Shown piece by piece: positions 61,338 through 64,000 of a stretch of 64,000 nt of DNA. Every line of letters starts with the position of its first letter. Position 1 is the first letter of the stretch. This stretch comes from Mobula hypostoma (taxonomy: Eukaryota): the NCBI RefSeq assembly GCF_963921235.1, contig NC_086108.1, positions 115,384,001 to 115,448,000 of the forward strand, in the 5' to 3' direction. Made by a program: the position numbers and the translations under genes. Under the pieces are notes generated by a model. It saw only the letters and a program-made list of their open reading frames with translations. It searched no databases and had not been told where the DNA came from.

Positions 61338-64000
61338 TGTCATAGGGGCCGGTGTTGATGGCGGACCCAAATGCAAGACACAGACACTGAAGTACTAGGG
61401 ACAGGACTAGGTACGTCAAGAAAGCAATGAAAGTGGGGAAGAAATGATGCTGGACAAGACACAGGCCCTGGATGATGCACGGATACAGGGCCTGGACTAG
61501 TCTAGACTAGGAAAGAAGGACATGGACGAGGAATTAGGAACTTGGAACCTGGACAAGGACTCCGAGCCAGAGACTGGACAGGGACCCAGAACCTGGGTCT
61601 TGACTCGGGCTTGGACCCTGGATCTAGGCATGGCTACAGGACGAGGAGTGGCAACAGGACTGCACATGAGACTCCTGGACAGGACGAGGGAACCCCAGAA
61701 CCAGCTGGTTGAGGTATTCCTGGGCTGGGTGAGGCACACGGACAGGACGAGAACACGAAGCCTTGACTTGTTCGAGGGAGACAGGAACGCAGAGGCTGGG
61801 TGAGGCACACGGACAGGATGAGAACACGAAGCCTTGACTTGTTCGAGGGAGACAGGAACGCAGAGCCTTGGTCTTGAAAGAACAGGAAAGCAGAGCTTTG
61901 GTCTTGAGAGGACAGGAACGCAGAGCCTTGGTTGAGGGAGACAGGAACATGGAACACAGAGCCGGGATCCCTCCTTGGGAACAGGACTTGGGGCTGGAGC
62001 TCAACACAGAGTCAGGACACTTCCTAGGGAGCAGGATGTAGGGCCAGGAGTCATACACAGAACACTAAGAGGCAGATCTTCACTCAAGGTAGCGGCAAAT
62101 GGCCGGACCTACCTAGAGAAGGCGTTGACACAAAGACACAGTTCCAAACAACGAAAGACAGTTCCTTATCTAGACACAGCAAGGCCCCGATCCTGCCCTG
62201 GTGGTTGAACCTGACGGCATTATAGGCGAGGGCACAGGCGAAAGTAGCAGGTGATGCTTCAGGCAAAGGTAGCAGGCGAGGCTTCAGAAGGAAGGGAAAG
62301 GGGAGAGAACAGTCCAGCAACTGAAGCTGAACCCAGGAGCTGTTTATGTAGCCAGCCCAAAATGAGAATCATGTGCCTCAATTAGGGCACACAATAGGAC
62401 AAGGGAAAATTGGAAAACCTGGAATAAGGATCGATGGACTGGATCATGAACCGGAATGAGGACTTCACGGACTGGACCATGACAGTATCCCCCCCCACCC
62501 CCAACCTCTATGGGAGCCTTCTGGCGACCGAAAAGGCTCTCCAGGACAAAGCACAACACGAGCAGATGTGGGGGGGGGGGGGCGTGATGTTATTCAACAG
62601 GAGGGAACCCAGGATGGCAAGAGTAAAATGACAGTGTCTGTGTCGCTGGGTCCATATTTGACTGGACTGTTCTGTCATAGGGGCCGGCGTTGATGGCGGA
62701 CCTAAATGCAAGCCACTGACACTGAATTACTAGGAGCAGGACTAGTGTGTCAAACAAGCAATGGAAATGGGGAAGAAACAACACTGGACAAGACACGGGC
62801 CCTGGACTAGGCTAGGATACAGGCCCCGGACTAGGCTAGGACACAGGCCCCGGACTAGGCTAGGATACAGGCCCCGGACTAGGCTAGGACACAGGCCCAG
62901 GACTAGGCTAGGACACAGGCCCCGGACTAGGCTAGGACACAGGCCCCGGACTAGGCTAGGATACAGGCCCCGGACTAGGCTAGGACACAGGCCCCGGACT
63001 AGGCTAGGACACAGGCCCCGGACTAGGCTAGGATACAGGCCCCGGACTAGGCTAGGACACAGGCCCAGGACTAGGCTAGGACACAGGCCCCGGACTAGGC
63101 TAGGACACAGGCCCCGGACTAGGCTAGGACACAGGCCCCGGACTAGGCTAGGATACAGGCCCCGGACTAGGCTAGGATACAGGGCATGGACTAGGCTAGG
63201 ATACAGGCCCCGGACTAGGCTAGGATACAGGCCCTGGACTAGGCTAGGATACAGGCCCCGGACTAGGCTAGGATACAGGGCATGGACTAGGCTAGGATAC
63301 AGGGCATGGACTAGGCTAGGATACAGGGCATGGACTAGGACTAGACTAGGAAAGAGGGAGCTGGATGAGGAATTAGGAACTTGGAACCTCGACAAGGACT
63401 CTAACCCAGAGACTGGACAGGGACCCAGAACCTGGGTCTTGACTTGGTCTCGGACTCCGGATCTAGGCGTGGCTACAGGCCGAGGAGTGGCAACAGGACT
63501 GGATGTGAGACTCATGGACAGGACGAGGGAACCCCAGCACAGGATGAGGGAACCCCAGCACCGGGCTGGGCGAGGCACATGGACAGGATAAGAACATGAA
63601 GCCTTGACTTGGTCTTGAGGGAGACAGGAACGCAGAGCCTTGGTTGTTAGAGAACAGGAACATGGAACACAGACCCGGGACCCCTCCTTGGGAACAGGAC
63701 TTGAGGCCGGGGCTCAACACAGAGTCAGGACCCCTCCTAGGGAGCAGGACATTGGGCCGGGACTCATACATACACAGAATACTGAGAGACAGATGTCCAC
63801 TCAAGATAGCAGCAAATAGCCGGACCTACCCAGCAGAGGTGAGGGCACAAAGAGATGACTCCCAACACAAGGTAGTGGCAAACGGCCGGATCTACCTAGT
63901 GAAGACGTGGACACAGAGACAGTTCCCAACTCCAGGTAGCGGCAAATGGCCGGACGTACCTGGCGAAGGCAATTCCAAACAACGAAAGACAGTTCCTTAT
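61338..64000 (-). mobile_element. Internally deleted Tf1/sushi-type Gypsy element: 3' LTR 61338-62484, 188-bp interior, 5' LTR from 62673 past the window end
   Basis: TGTCAT..ATGACA LTR ends; PPT at about 62489-62501; gag start MDPA at about 62654; two homologous LTRs. Confidence 0.85.
62803..63340. repeat. 24-bp minisatellite (GGACTAGGCTAGGAYACAGGCCCC) inside the LTR, about 22 units
   Basis: Direct periodicity; about 2 decayed units in the other LTR (61460-61510). Confidence 0.95.

Noticed and set aside
62742..63591. RPRTRLG / CPSLVRGL ORFs
   Set aside because: 24-bp array within an LTR

Overview
Gene-poor, transposon-saturated vertebrate DNA. The repeat families resemble those of cartilaginous fishes (ray/shark); this is an inference. 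I could not identify a host protein-coding gene: the long ORFs come from TEs or from tandem repeats with unit lengths divisible by 3. Contents: many CR1 LINE pieces, Rex1/Babar-like LINE pieces, an R4/Dong-type RLE fragment, Neptune-type Penelope-like elements (PLEs), two Tx1/L1-like copies, a near full-length RTE/BovB-like LINE, two Tc1 transposons, Gypsy remnants, SINEs and several minisatellites. Main observations: (1) a miniature Tf1/sushi-type LTR element with only 188 bp between its LTRs, whose PBS is complementary to a site 26 nt downstream of the LTR TATA-like box (self-priming signature); (2) minimal hammerhead ribozymes in PLE tails; (3) PLE insertions made of two outward-facing arms inside one TSD; (4) a decayed HDV-like ribozyme fold in an RTE-type 5' UTR; (5) minisatellites that arose from TE sequence; (6) a four-level nested insertion. 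Boundaries were read by eye and are approximate unless a TSD or TIR is quoted.
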